Position numbers and translations under genes: made by a program. Shown piece by piece: positions 1-13,917 of a stretch of 64,000 bases of DNA. Every line of letters begins with the position of its first letter. Position 1 is the stretch's first letter. Source of the stretch: Dimorphilus gyrociliatus (Eukaryota > Animalia > Annelida); the NCBI GenBank assembly GCA_904063045.1, contig CAJFCJ010000015.1, positions 248,001-312,000 on the forward strand, written 5' to 3'. A model generated the notes under the pieces. The model saw only the letters and a program-made list of their open reading frames with translations, had not been told where the DNA came from and did no database searches.

Positions 1-1235
1 GCTTTAATATCTTGTAAGTTCTGCTCAATTTGTTGTAAATAGGTTTTCGATGTCTTGGAATTATTGTTGGTATTGAAACAGCTGGCAACTTCCTTATACT
101 TGTCTTTGGCTAGTTGAGAATAGTCCGCCTGATATTTTATATATGGAAATAAACAACATTTAATAAATTCGATCCTTAAGTCATAAAAGAGAGGCAATTC
201 TGTCAATAGCTTGTTATTCTCTTCTTCATACTCTTTCTTAGCTTTATCCAAAAGTTTCTCATTCTTTATTTATAATAAAATTATATATACAGTATTATTA
301 CTGATACGTTCAGTATATATCAACTCGTAACTTACGTTTCTAAGTTTGACCAAATTACTCCCTGTTCTCTCTCTTTGCTGATACTTTTGTACTTTATTAA
401 AGTGTTTAGTATATTCCTGCAAAGAAAATTACGAAAATGATTCAGTTTTAAGAATAAATGAACAGAAATAGGCAATAATAATTAAAAAAAACGCTCACGG
501 ATAGTAATTGGTTCCTTTTCTGTACTGAGCTGATGGCGAAAGGAATCATTGCGCTGAATCTAAAGAATATGAATAATATAAAGGAAAATTCATATTTAAT
601 AATAAAAAGTAACTTTTTCAAAGGGTCCATTAAATCCCTATTCAGATGATTAGTCTGTTCAGGAGCTGTCAAAAAAGATACTTGATATTGCCAAGTTTCA
701 AAGAGACTTTTTAACTCTTCTATATCTTTACTGTTATTTGTTAACTCTTTTAACATCCTTATTTCTAGTTTTGCTTGTTCTAAAATAAATAGTATTGATT
801 TATAATCTAGTTAAAAAAACGAGTAGAGCTAATAACAACCGTTAGCCTGTTCATCTGTTATCTTCATATCCTTACATAGTTTATGACAAGATTCTTGTAA
901 GCTTTAGTTTCAGGAAGAAAAAGTTGATCAATCAATAGTGTTGGTAGAGAAAAACCAATTCAGTGAAGTTTAAAAATATTACCTTTCAAGCCGACGTACT
1001 AGCTTGCCAAAATCGTTTTCCTCCTACAAAGAAAAACGTACTGTTAAAGCTGTCATCCTTATCAGTACCAATATAGATATTAGATATACTGTTACCGTCT
1101 TAGTTATAGCATTACTTCTAGGTATCGTAATATGCTTATGGAAGATATTCCTGTTTTATTTAGATCACTTATATTAAATATTCCAGTAAACAGGAGTTTT
1201 AAACTAATTCTAACGTAAAATTTTTACCAATTCAT
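1..1235 (-). CDS. BIN3: Bridging integrator 3 (BAR-domain protein), multi-exon, 3' end runs off the window
   Basis: Spliced translation MNWNIFHKHITIPRSNAITKTEENDFGKLVRRLE...NHLNRDLMDPLKK...EYTKHFNKVQKYQQRERTGSNLVKLRN...EYEEENNKLLTELPLFYDLRIEF parallels BIN3 (MSWIPFK...IEPLKKF...KVEKYEEKEKTG...NRQLLEEMPRFYGSRLDYF). ATG at 1235 with GT-AG introns. Confidence 0.87.
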
Positions 1236-1592
1236 AACAAATCGTTGATTGTTTGGATTCTTAAGATAACGTATTTACGTCAAATAAACTATTTAAATAG
1301 TAGATATGTCTGCTAGGAAATCGATCAGGTAGTCTGACTAATTTTGGGCGGTAACTTTGAAAATCGTAGGCAAGTTGCTCTTTGAAGTCTCGTTTGAAAT
1401 ATACAAGAATTAGGCTAATAAAATTTAATGACATTTTTTTTTACAAATTGGTAATAAAAGTAGGAAAGAGCGGTGTTTGCTATAGCATATCAACTATAGG
1501 CTGAAGAAATTAAACAGAAATTTTTCTCTTAAGTAGTCTACATAAGTTATACACATAATGTTTTATTTCAAGGACATTCGAAGTTAGAAAAG

Positions 1593-3146
1593 TTAGTCAT
1601 CGTCTGAGAAACTGAGATCAAGTTCTTCGGGATTTTTATCGGGATCGTCATTCGTATTTGTCTCGGTTGACTGCTTGAAAACTCTTTTCCTTCCTTTTAT
1701 TTCTGATATTGGATCCCTTATTCCTACCATATCGCAGAATAGGTCCGTTTGTGGGTTATAATATACTGTGGGATAATTGCTTTGATAAAAGTTTCCGTTA
1801 GGATTTTCGCAAGGTGGAGCTGTCATTTCAAAGTTTTCTGGTATAAAAAAGTTTCCACCAAAGTCATCTTCCACTGCTCTTTTCTGCGCCTCAGTTGCTT
1901 CGAAATCAGAGGCTTCATCTGAATTCCTTCCAGGCATGTAATTTACAGATCTTTGAATGCTTAATAAATGGTCAGTGTTCCGTAATATTGTTATCCATTC
2001 CCTATCAAGCTGTAATCTAAAATCGTCCGAATCATTTTCTACATCCATAATCTGTAGAAATCTTCTTCTCGGTAGACACTGCAACAGTTAAAGAAATTGA
2101 TAATACAACGCAAAATGTTACTTTTGAAGAAACAAACCTTATCAAGAGCTAAAAAGTTTGTTATTGATTTATCTTCATGTTCTATTACAGCAGAGAATTT
2201 TGTATGTAAATGGGCAGAAAACCAATATTTTGGTTTTAAATATCTAAGTAGTTCCATAGCAGGAGGTGAGCCCAAAGTTCCTTGATGAACTTCGTCAGCG
2301 AAATGAGGCTTATGTCGAAGTAAACTATGCCATGGGCCGTGATCAGCAACGCCAGCTGGCCAATCATGCGTTATGAATATATCTATTTCTTTCGGCTTCA
2401 GTTGATTCATTCTAAAGAATTGCAATTGTCTATAATGATAGACTGATCTAAGCGAGCTTTGGTTATAAGGCACGGATTCGTGTAATCCGTGAAAAAAGTC
2501 GTTTGGTTTAAATATACCAGATATTCCGCCAATTCGGAGATTTCCAACTTTCAAAACGTTAGCCTGACCTAGATGTGTAAAGGAAGCATAGAGTAAATTT
2601 AACTAGAACATTGTGTATTATTATTTTACCCATAAAATAAATGTTCGGAGCAACCCATCCGCCGTAAGGAAGCTCTTGCATATAATTAGAAGCTTCGTGA
2701 TTTCCTCCAACGAATATTGTTAGAATTGGAGCTTTTTTTTCTCCATTGTAGTACCTAAATCGAGTTTTAAATGTTTAAATATATTAGAATTATTTATATT
2801 AATCGATTCTTACTTGTAGAATGTTTTTAATTCCTTATATTTGTTTGGAACGGCCATACAATGCAGATCACTCCAGTTACGTACGGCTTGAAAGTCGCCA
2901 CATATTATAAGAAGATCAACCTGAGTAAGAGTTCAATATATAGATATACAACTACTACTACTGTATATACGATTAGCTTAATAATTTAAGATGTAGTTCA
3001 CAAGTTAATTGTTTTAAAATTATACATATATCTGAATTTATCATAAAGGATTATACCTTAATATTATCGTGTTTTTCAATTTCTTCTATACATTCGTAGA
3101 TTTGATCTAAATCTCCGTGACAGCATCCTTCGACCGCTATTTTCAT
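1593..3146 (-). CDS. DBR1: RNA lariat debranching enzyme (metallophosphoesterase), multi-exon
   Basis: [65 protein letters not shown] motifs and an acidic C-terminus; ORFs 2039-2554 and 1593-2084 are its last exons. Confidence 0.97.
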
Positions 3147-3446
3147 TATTTCTTCTCGAGGGCGATAATGCGATTTAATAAAAAAATGTCGATAATTCCT
3201 TAACTTTTCGATAAGGGGGGGTTAGAGTCTCTTATGTGTATTTTGTTTGTAACAATTATTTATAGATTACATTAATTTTAAAAAACTCGAACAATTCGCA
3301 TTCGCTATTTCTCAAATTCAAGCGAACAGCTTAAATATCTGACAAAACCTGGTACCAGTCTGTGTGTTACTCTAATTTGTACCTTCGTTTAAATAGTGAA
3401 TATTATCACTAAAATCGTTTATAAGCTTCTTAAACGTATTGGGACT

Positions 3447-4270
3447 ATGGATTCAGCCGAAATAGAATTTTTTGCAGAAAATGAAGAAGTAACTATAGTT
3501 CCTAACTTTTCAAAAGACAAATTATTCTTAATAAGGGTATGTGAACGATAATGAAATAACGCGGGAAATCCTTGAATTTCTATTGAGACCTTAATATTCC
3601 ACTTTAGGGTGACGTTGGCCCTTTTAATGCATCGATGCCTGTTACAGTACCGGTTTGGTTGGCGGTAAGTTTAAGACAACAGCAAAGATGTCGAATTATT
3701 CCACCACCCTGGATGGATGTTGGTAAGTTATGTTCTTCAATAGCAAACTATAATATTAAAAAAAATGCAACTACCAGAAAAGCTGACTGAAAAGAAAGAG
3801 GAGGAAACATCAACTGATATATTTACTCAAATGCCTTGCGAATATTATATGGAAGTTGCTCAGTTATTATTAAACTGGTAAGAAAAAGTATTACAAAAGT
3901 TCATTTAAACATCAATATTTAAAATTTTCCATTTTCAAGTGCATCAGACGATATTCCATACGCTCACAAGATAAGAACTCTTATTAAAGACATTTGGGAT
4001 GCTAGAATGTCTAAATTACGAAGTTCTATACAAACATTTTTAACAAGTGACGCTACACACGCTAAGGTTGAACGCATTACAATATAGCATTACATTCTAT
4101 TATTATTTACAAAAGATTCTATATTTTTACAGTTGAATCACCTGACAAGATTAGAAATTAATACAATGAGACCGATTTTAATTGGAGCATTAAATCAAAC
4201 TCATTCTCTTCGTAGCAATTTAATAAATTCCAGCTTAGTATCAAGTTCATTGAATGATACTCTTAATTAA
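3447..4270 (+). CDS. GINS2: DNA replication complex GINS subunit Psf2, 5 exons
   Basis: [69 protein letters not shown]; head-to-head with DBR1 across about 300 bp. Confidence 0.97.
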
Positions 4271-4678
4271 AAATATTCAGTGGCCTATATACATAGGGTT
4301 AGTTGAGACAAATTAGCATATTAAATCATTATATTATCTATTCTCTCAATATAGAAAGCTATCGACTTATACATCAACAATTAATTGAGCTGAATTTGAG
4401 ATTTTATTCTAAATTTGGAGTTATTGAATATCTTCTTATTCTTATTCAACTATGCTGAATGCATTTATAGAGTTTTACGTTAGAAAATAAAATAAAATGA
4501 AGATAAATTGATGATTTACAGTCTTCAAAGATCTGAAGCGATAGAGAGTAATAATTTATTTAAATTGATTGAAATCTTAAAATAAATAAAGCAACATAAA
4601 GAATATGTGAAATGAAGAGAAGAACATTTTGAATTCCCTAATGACCTTATAACTATATATATATCTACTGTACATATG

Positions 4679-4700
4679 TATATATATATATATATATATA
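4679..4700. repeat. (TA)n microsatellite
   Basis: About 11 contiguous TA units. Confidence 0.9.
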
Positions 4701-5253
4701 CAGTATATAGACCGTAAAATTTAATCAATTCTTTTTATACATTTAGGGGAAATTGGACGGAACTAGATAAAGGCTAAAAATAAATAATAAAATACCAGAA
4801 TTTATATTTAAAGTCAATTTTTATCAAATAATAATTATTTCTTGCCAATCTTACTTCTTTTCGTTTATTTCTTAGAATAAACTATACATAATATTCTATT
4901 CATCTAATGAAAGCATTTTCCTTCGTTTTACGTGATATTTTATGGTAAATTTTCCCAGCAAATGAAAGTCTTTACCGATTTCTATTTATAGCGATAGCAT
5001 CTTCTTCCAGTGACATTTACTATTTAGCTTATATTTGCTTCAAGGCTTGCACTATACTAATTTCAATACAACTGCATGCTTTTCTCTTCATTTTTTCTTT
5101 ACCATTACTGAAACGTGTGTAACTGTGCCAGAAGATGCAAAAACGTTCTTTTCCTCTTGTTTAATAATATACGCTTTACGCGTTGTTTGTCATTTAAAAA
5201 CCGTTACGACGCGGTTGGCCGTTACGACTTATTTATTCAAAATTTTTTATATT

Positions 5254-5267
5254 GTTTCCATGGTAAT
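5254..5267. promoter_or_regulatory. RFX X-box-like element upstream of MDM1
   Basis: GTTTCCATGGTAAT closely matches the X-box GTTNCCATGGNAAC, about 510 bp upstream of the ATG of a centriole/cilium gene; TCACGTGA palindrome at 5401-5408. Confidence 0.35.
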
Positions 5268-5777
5268 TTTATGTACATTTTAAAAACCATTATATATTGA
5301 AATATTCTAGAATATTTGAGTGTGTTTTCTCGTAAACTGTATATTTATATTTAAATAAGTTATGAATGAACTATAACTCTTTGGAACAGACTTGTCTCTA
5401 TCACGTGATTTTAAACAGACTGGTATCCTGTTCGAATTTCATTATTCAATACAAAAATAATATGAGGATGATGACGCACAACTAAATTCCATTTGTAAAG
5501 GTATCGAACAGAAGTAGGTATAAACATTACTTAATTGCATAATGTTAACTGCAATATTACTATCTTAATTTTTTACGGATAAATCAATTTTATAATTTTA
5601 AGTATATAGCCGTTCAAAGTCTTAGAAAGTTTCTGAAATGAACAGAACTTGTTCCTTTTTAAAATGATTAGCGGTAAACTTGATTAGGCTTGTTTCATTC
5701 GGTGATTATTACAGTGAATTCACTAAAAAATTGTTAAAGCAGATTATTTGAAGAAAACTAACTAATCGAAGAGTAAA

Positions 5778-7908
5778 ATGCCGGCTCGGTTAGATGTAAG
5801 TTATCAATAATTATTTATTAAATTTGTGTGCATTAAATAGATTTTGCATTATTGAAATTTCAGGCCGAAAGTCAATATCAAAAGGATTTTAAATGGCAAC
5901 CAGACTTCCTTAAATTTGCGCCAAAATATCTCAACGAAGAGGATATGAACTATGCTGGAGTATCTTCGGCCAAACTAGGTTTGTTTTATATAATAGATGG
6001 TGTAAACAAAGTAGACAAACAATTTATAGTTCTTCTGACAATTTAAAGGAAATAAAATTCCTTCGATAATTTCTCTGTTTTATTCTTTATAGCAAACACT
6101 TTTGAGCCTCCAATACAACGTAAAAAGAGAACTGTCTTTGAGAAAGCTGATGATGATGAGTACATGCTATTAGGAGATCAAGCAAAATTCGGGCAGAGTA
6201 TTGTTTATAGAACAAGAAGATCGGTTTCCTGTTCTCGTGAAAGAAGCCTACCCAAGGAACCTATTGAAGAGAAAAAAGAGAAAAAAGACGAAGAAATTCA
6301 AGTAAAACCCGCTCCAGTAGTAATTGTTGACACTGGCGCAAAAAAATCAGAGACTAAGCCTACAAAAGATAAAGAAATATTTGCCGATCGCCTTGTTGAG
6401 AAACTCCATGAAGTAGATGAAAACAGAAAAAAAGAGAAGAGTAAAGAAAAGACTGTTAGCCATGTTAGAGAAAGTAGAAACGATAAACGCAATAAAGAGA
6501 ATATTAAGATCTTAAAGAAGGCTAAAGAGAATAAAAGAGTAAGACCAATCAAGAAAGATAAATTAGTTAAGGAAGTTGTCGCATCAGTTGAGGAAAAGAG
6601 GCCGGTAGAGATTGAAAAACCGGCAGAAAAAGATTACATTTTAAAATACAAAGCTGGAATAGCCCCCACAAGACCGAAATTTAAAAGATTATCTGAATAT
6701 CAACGACAATTTAATTGGAAAACAGCACTACACGCATCTCCTATTCTCCAAGCGGAGCAGGTAGAAGCTTTAATTTTACAAGCCTATTGTAGTAGTATTA
6801 ATATTTTCCCAAAAGGTTGTTTTTAACTCGGATGCCAGCCTACATCCTCCGAAATTAAAGGAAAGGGTAGAGAGTGAATATTGCAAGCAGTATAACGAGT
6901 CTGCTGAAGTAGCAAAAGAAGAGACCAAGTTAAGAAGATCAAAGAGTGAATGTAAAATTAAAATTTGATTGTATATTCTTAATTATAATTTGATTGATCT
7001 CTAATTTCTCCAGCAATGATAGCTGCTCCAGGATCAAAGCCATCTATTACAGTAGACAATAAACGACTGATTAAGGAATCAGCCAATCCGTTGACTCCTT
7101 TCTTTCCTACGAAATCTGCAACGTGAGTTATTTTACGATGTTAACTTTTAAGGATGATTTTCTATTTCATTCTATCAGTTTCTATCGATCCGAATATGAT
7201 CAACAATATAAACCTCCTCAAGTCTACGACTATGAGGACGGTTGCTGGAAAAGGTCTGCTCCAAAGACTTCTGAGATTAGTTCCTCTTGGTATCAAGAAG
7301 TTATCGAACTTCGCAAATTGGCAACTGCGTATAAGAATCGCGGCTACGGAATTGGTGCCAAGACTAGAAGCCCTCCATACGAAGAATATGATATTTCCTC
7401 CATTTCCGATGTTGAAGCAACGACTATTGAGAATTCTAGTAATATCAAAAGCTCTGATAACAACGACGCTAGAAAAGAAGCTTGGACCTGGAAAAAGTTT
7501 ACACCAAACTCGGAAGAGTCAAATAGTTCGCAACCGCCAACACCTGCTCCTTCTGCTGAGGAGAGTGACGAGGAAGGTCGAGTTCCCACTCCTGTTCTCA
7601 AGTCGAGCGTCGTAGAAAGGCGGCATCATTTGGATCGCACTACACCGGCGGTAGGTGGAGCTTTGCTTGTTGCAAAGAGTAAAGGATCGGAGAAAGTTGC
7701 CTGCGAAGATAAGGCCATTTATGTAGACATGCCCGAACCGAATGAAGAAAGAGTAGTTCCAAAGTCCTGGGAAGATAAATGGAGTCAAGTTCCTAGAAAG
7801 ATTGATAAGCATACGTCTTTATCGACTAGATCGTTGGCATCTAGCTATTCAATTGCCTCAGCTTGTTTGGAAAGAGCTAAGCAAAGGGAAAACTTTTGGA
7901 AAAATTAA
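5778..7908 (+). CDS. MDM1: Nuclear protein MDM1 (centriolar microtubule-binding protein), multi-exon
   Basis: N-terminus MPARLD|AESQYQKDFKW matches MDM1 MPVRFKGLSEYQRNFLW; repeated SEY-type motifs (SEYQRQFNW, SEYCKQY, SEYDQQY); C-terminus ERAKQRENFWKN matches the MDM1 ending. Confidence 0.87.
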
Positions 7909-8219
7909 GACAAAAAGACGTTGAGAGATGTATTTTTTATTATTATTATAATCCGTATAAGAATAATGATTTTTTTTTCTTCGTGGTCGACATATAGTTT
8001 CAAATAAATTAACTAGAATTCTTAAAAAGTTGTCCGGAAACGTTTCCTTTCCTAGTCCTAGGAAATTAATTAATGCTAATAACGCATTATAGTATTTAGC
8101 GCAGGGAAACGGAAATTCTTTAATGTTTAAAGTTTTTGTTTTGTTGATCCAATTTAAGGTAATTTATTATGAGGGAAAGAGGAAATTAGAATGAAAAAAA
8201 AGACAGTTAAGGAGCTTTT

Positions 8220-10353
8220 CTAATCAACTTTATGCGGTTTAATAATCACTTTTCCAATATTCTTGCGCTCGTTCATCTGCGCCATTGCGTCTCCAATCTG
8301 TATAGTAGGGAATAATTAAATCGAGTATTAATAAATATTTACTATAAATAATATAGTTTACGATGTTTAAATAATTTAAATATCAACCTTATCGAATGAC
8401 CAAACAGAATCAATTCTAGGTTTGATTTTTCCTTCCTTATACAGAGCAATCAAATCGAGAACAGCTGATGTTACAAGCTCTTTCTCGTGAGTTAAATGCC
8501 CTAGATGATATCCTGCTACACATTTATTTTGTCTCATCAAACCTAATGGATTAACATTCTTTGTCTTCCACCAAGTAGCAGCAACACTGAATAAGCTTCT
8601 TGTTTTTCCAGTTACCATATTTGCTGCTCCTAATTGAGAAATTAATTCGCATTAATATTCATGTAAATTAAGAGGAGTAAAGTCTTTATAAATAATAAAG
8701 AAATGGTTAATTAACATAATATACAATCAAGAAACATGGGCCAAATTTTATCATATGTTTGTGGCAGGAGAAAAAATAACCGCATTATTTCAGCCTAACA
8801 AACTGTCCTAGACACTGTATTTTCTTATCGATTTGGGTCTGATTACTATTTTCTATTTAAGATATGGATAACGTAAACTTTATCATTATACAGCACATAT
8901 TTAACCTTCTTTCCTTACATACTGCGTATTATTGTAATTTATGAACAATAAATCGCCTGAGAACGGATTTTAGAAAGACTGTTGTCATGCTTACCTTGTT
9001 TCAAATTCCCTCAATTTTAGTTCCATTTTACTAAATACTAGTTCTAGAATTCTTGCTTTCGACTGCAATAATTAGACGAAAAGAAAATAGTACTTAGCGA
9101 ATATTAAAAGGGAAAAAAACTGTGATCGAATTGATCGAACCGTCTCTTTTTATCCCTAATATAATACTCTCCTACCCTTCTTTCTCTCTCTCTCTCTCTA
9201 TATATATATATTAGTATATATATATATGTATATATCTATTGTATATCTGTATGTCTGACTACCTATCTGTCTATCTGTCTGTATATCCCTGATAATGACT
9301 ACAGCTTAACATTTTTGATATCTTATATTGGTTTTCATCCAGCCTACGTCTAATATAAAAAGGATGAAATTGTCGTTTTAAACCCTTTTAGAATCTCATT
9401 TTTTAGGATATTTTTTTCTAAAGTTTTAGTACTTTTGGTATGTGTTGTGAGTAATAATCAAAAAATTTGTTTACCAAAGTGAACGATCGTTCCAAGCGGT
9501 TTTAGTAGATCGAAACCTTTATTAGAATCATCTCCAGAAAGCGGGTCAAGAACAATATCAACACCTGAAAAGAAATAGAACAGCTATAAAAAAGATTAGT
9601 AATTTAATATACAGTATATATATATATAAAAACAATCAATTTTCTTAGATTAGAGTGTATTTTTTATCTAATTGTTCAATCGGAAAGAAGCTGCGGAAAA
9701 TTTATCAAAATAAGATGCTAACCCTTTGGCGAAATAGCTCTAATTTCCTGTACGTAATCCTTAGTCCTGTAATCAATCGGATAGTCGACGCCCATTTCCT
9801 TTATAATGTCGTGCTTGCCGGCAGATGCTGTACCGTAGACTGTCACGTTTTCAACGGTCTTACATAGTTGAGTGGCAGCAATACCCACTCCACCGGCTGC
9901 CATATGAATTAGAACAGACTTATTCTTTCGCAAGCTACCCATGTCGAAAAGCATATGATAAGCTGTGATATAATTAACGGGAATCGCAGCGGCCTCTTCC
10001 ATTGTCATTTCATCGGGTATAACAAAGCATTGATCTGCATCAACAATAGCATATTCGGTCCATAAACCGAAGGCTTTTAAACAGAGAACTCTGTCTCCCT
10101 TTCGAAGCGACTTTACCTCGCTACCTAAAGAACTGATGATTCCTGCTCCTTCTAGACCCAACACACCGGGTAGTTTCGGTGCATTATCATACAGGCCTTG
10201 TCTGCACATCAGCTCAGCAAAGTTAATGCCTGATGCCTGAATATTGACCTCGACTTCATTTGGTCCTGGATCCTTTCTCGGCAAATCTTGTACTTCTAAT
10301 TTTTCATATCCACCAAATCCGGTTAAGACGACAGTTTTAGTTGTTTCTGGCAT
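8220..10353 (-). CDS. VAT1: Synaptic vesicle membrane protein VAT-1 homolog (MDR/quinone oxidoreductase family), 4 exons
   Basis: VVLTGFGGYEKL, GINFAELMCRQGLYD, IPVNYITAYHMLF, VLIHMAAGGVG, GVDIVLDPL, IKPRIDSVWSF, MNERKNIGKVII; exons 10353-9723, about 9565-9475, about 8632-8388, about 8297-8220. VAT1 versus VAT1L not resolved. Confidence 0.92.
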
Positions 10354-10676
10354 TGTTTCTGATATTTTATAACAATCTACAGAAGTACTTTTCCTATCTA
10401 CTCTCCAAACCGGTTCAATTCTAATAGACAAATGACGGTTTCTGGCCGACTAGTGGCGCTAGCTGGAAATGATACAAATCAATATATAGGCTTAAAAAAG
10501 CAAAGTATAGGCTGATAAAAAATGGGCTTTCATAAACAACACAAAAGAACTTTGTATTAAAGCGAATTTTTTTTATTCATTTTCCAAGAAATACTTTTAC
10601 TCTTTCATAAGTTTATTGTATATTTTTTCTCTTTATTTTTATATTTCGCTTTCAATATGAACTTGTCATCTCTTCA

Positions 10677-10702
10677 TCTATCTATCTATCTATCTATCTA
10701 TC
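10677..10702. repeat. (TCTA)n tetranucleotide microsatellite
   Basis: About 6 contiguous TCTA units. Confidence 0.85.
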
Positions 10703-11669
10703 TGTCTCTCTTTGGACATCCTTAAAACGGAAGGAGAGTGAACAAAAATAGATAGATATTGCATAGTGCTAGATTATGATAAAGTCAACGTGATGTTGCA
10801 GTTTTAGTTATAACATCATATACAATCAGTCTTATTATTGGTGCATAGTCTAAAATTATTCAAAGAGATATAAAATGATATTTATTGCCTAAAGCAGATA
10901 GTAGAATAAGTAAAAATAGTATAAATTGCCAGTACTTTGTTATTATTCTTATGATCTTTTGAATAAATGTATAAGCCGGTGTGTTGTCTATTACCTTCAA
11001 GCTCATCAGCTCTCGCATAAAAAGATTAATTTTCCTGGAATATGGCAAAAGAGGAAACTGTAGAATATTTTTATTATTATTAAAGAAGTTTATTATAGGA
11101 AAAGGGACAGGGGGCAAGCAGAGAATATTTCAATACTTCTTTTCGTAATATTAGATGAGAAGAATTGTTATTAAATGTAAGATCTCAATGTATAATTCCT
11201 AACTCGCTCTCTCCGAACGGGTTTGAAGAGAAAGATAAAGTATAAAAGGAGCATATATTACTCAAACTCCTTTTAATATTATTATTTCAATATGGGAGTA
11301 TAAAGTTAATTATTAGTAAACTTTCCACAGGATATTGTAATAAAATCTGTTATTAATAGGAATAATAAAATTCGTGTTAATTCGTAGAGTTCTTTAATAA
11401 TACTTACGCTCTATTCCTTTATTCTTTTGCAAATCTATAACTGACACATTTATCTTCTGTTGTAAGAGAAAGAAAATAGGATAAAATCTATCAAATAACT
11501 CAATTTGTTTAGTATTTAATCAAATCATGTGTAGTGTATATTAAATAGAGTAGCATTTAGTGTACTTTTTAAAACTTACGGTTACCATTTTCCTGCTTTT
11601 TGTCAGTCAACAACTTTTACAATGAAATTGCATGAGTTGTCCATTACAAAGATAGAAATTGCGAATAAT

Positions 11670-11706
<37 letters not shown>
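11670..11706. repeat. (GA)n microsatellite
   Basis: About 17 GA units with one interruption. Confidence 0.9.
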
Positions 11707-11710
<4 letters not shown>

Positions 11711-12288
11711 AAATAATTACATCTGAAATTAGCAGCCCACACGAATGCTTAATCAGGCAGCAAGTGTGAATTTCTTTCTTTACCAACTTTTATCTGTTCC
11801 CTATATACTGTATATACAATATATAAAGAATATATGAACAAACACTTCAATAAATGTAGAATAACTTAATAAATAATAGGAAGGTGTCTCAAAATCTTTT
11901 ACAATTGTCTATATATGTATAAATATTGCATTAAAAAAACAAATGATCAAAAATTTCTTTTCTATCAAGTGAAATAGCTATAAATTAACTTAATATACAT
12001 ATTGAATAATGATACATTATTGTTCATTGTTTGTCTTTTAAAACAAAAAAGAAAAAACAAGCACTTAGGGTTAAGTAAAAGCCTAGATGTCTTCCTTTTT
12101 TTGTCAACTTATGTATTAGAGAATATTCTTATTCTTTTTTTGTTTTGATAGCACCGTTATTGAGACATTTTGAAATGCCTCGGTTTTTTTTCCTTCAACG
12201 TCTTCTTTTTAACTAGTATTATTATTGTCCATTCGGAATATTATAAAAGCAAAATTGAAGATGAAAAACATTTTCTCATTCATTTTTT

Positions 12289-13710
12289 TTATGAACAGAC
12301 AAAATCGTTATCCTCAATATCCGATAAGTCAACATTTTCCAGGAGAGAAGTTTTCTTCTTTATTTGCGGTTCGTCGTTTAGTTGTATCAACAGTTCTTCT
12401 GAAGATAAATTATGACGACGGTGTAGTCGAGGAGAATGCTGCAATTCTTTTAATTCTATTCTATCATTATCATGAGTTTTCTCGTCATCTTCCTGTGATC
12501 CAATACCATTTTCTACGCAAATACCTAATGCTTTTAGTTCTTTTTCCAATTGTGCAACGAGAAGTTGTTGATTTGCAGCGTTATTGCATAAATCGACAAA
12601 TTCTTTGTGAAGTGTAGAGTTTAAATTCATTATGTGTTCTTCTTGCATCTTTGAGAGGTCTTTAAGGCTCGTACTGTAATTACATTTAAGTTAATCACAA
12701 AATGCTTTAAAAGTAAAATTAAAAATGTATTACTGATATTCTGATGAAACTTCATTAAAAACTGAGTTGGAATTGGTGATTAGAGGAGATGTCGATTTAA
12801 CGTATCTAGGTATATACTGTTCCACTTTTTTTTGGTTATTTCTTTGTCCTAAATTAATAATTCTCAATGGAAGAGAATGAAAATAATCCCTGTTTTAAGT
12901 ATAATTTTCATGATTAGATCATTAGCTTTGTACTTTAAGAATGAATATTTACTTTTTCTTCACTCGAAAGTCAAAGTTGCATGAATTTACGTCACTATCA
13001 TCTGTCGCACTAGGGATTACTAATCCGAAAAGGAAATTATCTAAATCTTTACGAGCGTATTCGGCAAATTTAAGGTGTAACGCTTGTTCTCGAAAACTCA
13101 TACGACTTGTAGAATTATGACGACAAGTAAACCATCCAATTATATCCTTTTTCTCTTTATTATCTAGTAGACTTTGCAATTTATTTTTTTTCACCTGACC
13201 AGTTCTATCTGAGAAGGAGTAATAGCTTTCGCACGTTAGAATCTTCGTTATATCTGCAATATAGGACAACTATAGCCAAGTTCTAAATTATTATTTTCCT
13301 TGTAATTTTAACTAGGAAGTAATATCATTAAATGATTATATTCGGTTAACTATATTTAAAAAAAAAAGAAAAATTTCTATTGATGTATGGCCATGCTTTA
13401 TTCATTGACGGGTAATGAGAAATTCTTCTGATAGCAACTCAAAGAAAATGTCAGTATCAACTTACGTATTCTTATATCTTCCTTCCTCTCATTTATATCA
13501 TCATCAGTTATTTCGTCTTGTAAACTTTTTACAACTTCCCCAAACAGAATACCCTCCTATTGTGTTGATCATGTAAACAGAATATCATATGAGTTATCAA
13601 CATTAGTCATTTAAACATTCACATCCAAAACTGATACTTACAGCGTTATTTACTGTACAGTCGTGTAGTAATTGGGATAAAATTGTTCCGTTGATTTCAA
13701 CTATCGCCAT
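12289..13710 (-). CDS. Abraxas/FAM175 family MPN- scaffold of BRCC36 complexes (BRISC/BRCA1-A), multi-exon
   Basis: MAIVEINGTILSQLL..|EGILFGEV, YYSFSDRTGQV, KDIIGWFTCRHNS, MSFREQALH match the Abraxas MPN domain. Ends in DFVCS without the ABRAXAS1 SPTF BRCT-binding motif, so paralogue assignment is left open. Confidence 0.87.
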
Positions 13711-13770
13711 TTTGTTCTTTTCGTAACTTACCGTTTCAATTGTTTTCGTTTTTAATGTTACGAAAGCTAC

Positions 13771-13782
13771 TAGCGACATCTA
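13771..13782 (-). promoter_or_regulatory. CTCF-like motif in Abraxas/POLDIP3 bidirectional promoter
   Basis: Reverse complement TAGATGTCGCTA. Confidence 0.5.
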
Positions 13783-13917
13783 TTAAAAATGAACTGGTGT
13801 AATAGAGAAGTGAAATATTCAAACAGGAAACGGAACCGCTGGAAAGCAATCTCTTAGCTTGCCTCTACGTGCAAAAATCGCCACTAAGTTACAGATAAAG
13901 ATAATACATTACAAATC

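Noticed and set aside
1061-1177. Plus-strand TM-like frame (VTVLVIALLLGIVICLWKIF)
   Set aside because: It is the antisense shadow of BIN3 exons, whose minus-strand splice sites and homology explain the region.
10860-11117. Minus-strand 85-aa ORF with an exon-like segment
   Set aside because: No ATG or phase-consistent gene model and no recognisable motif.
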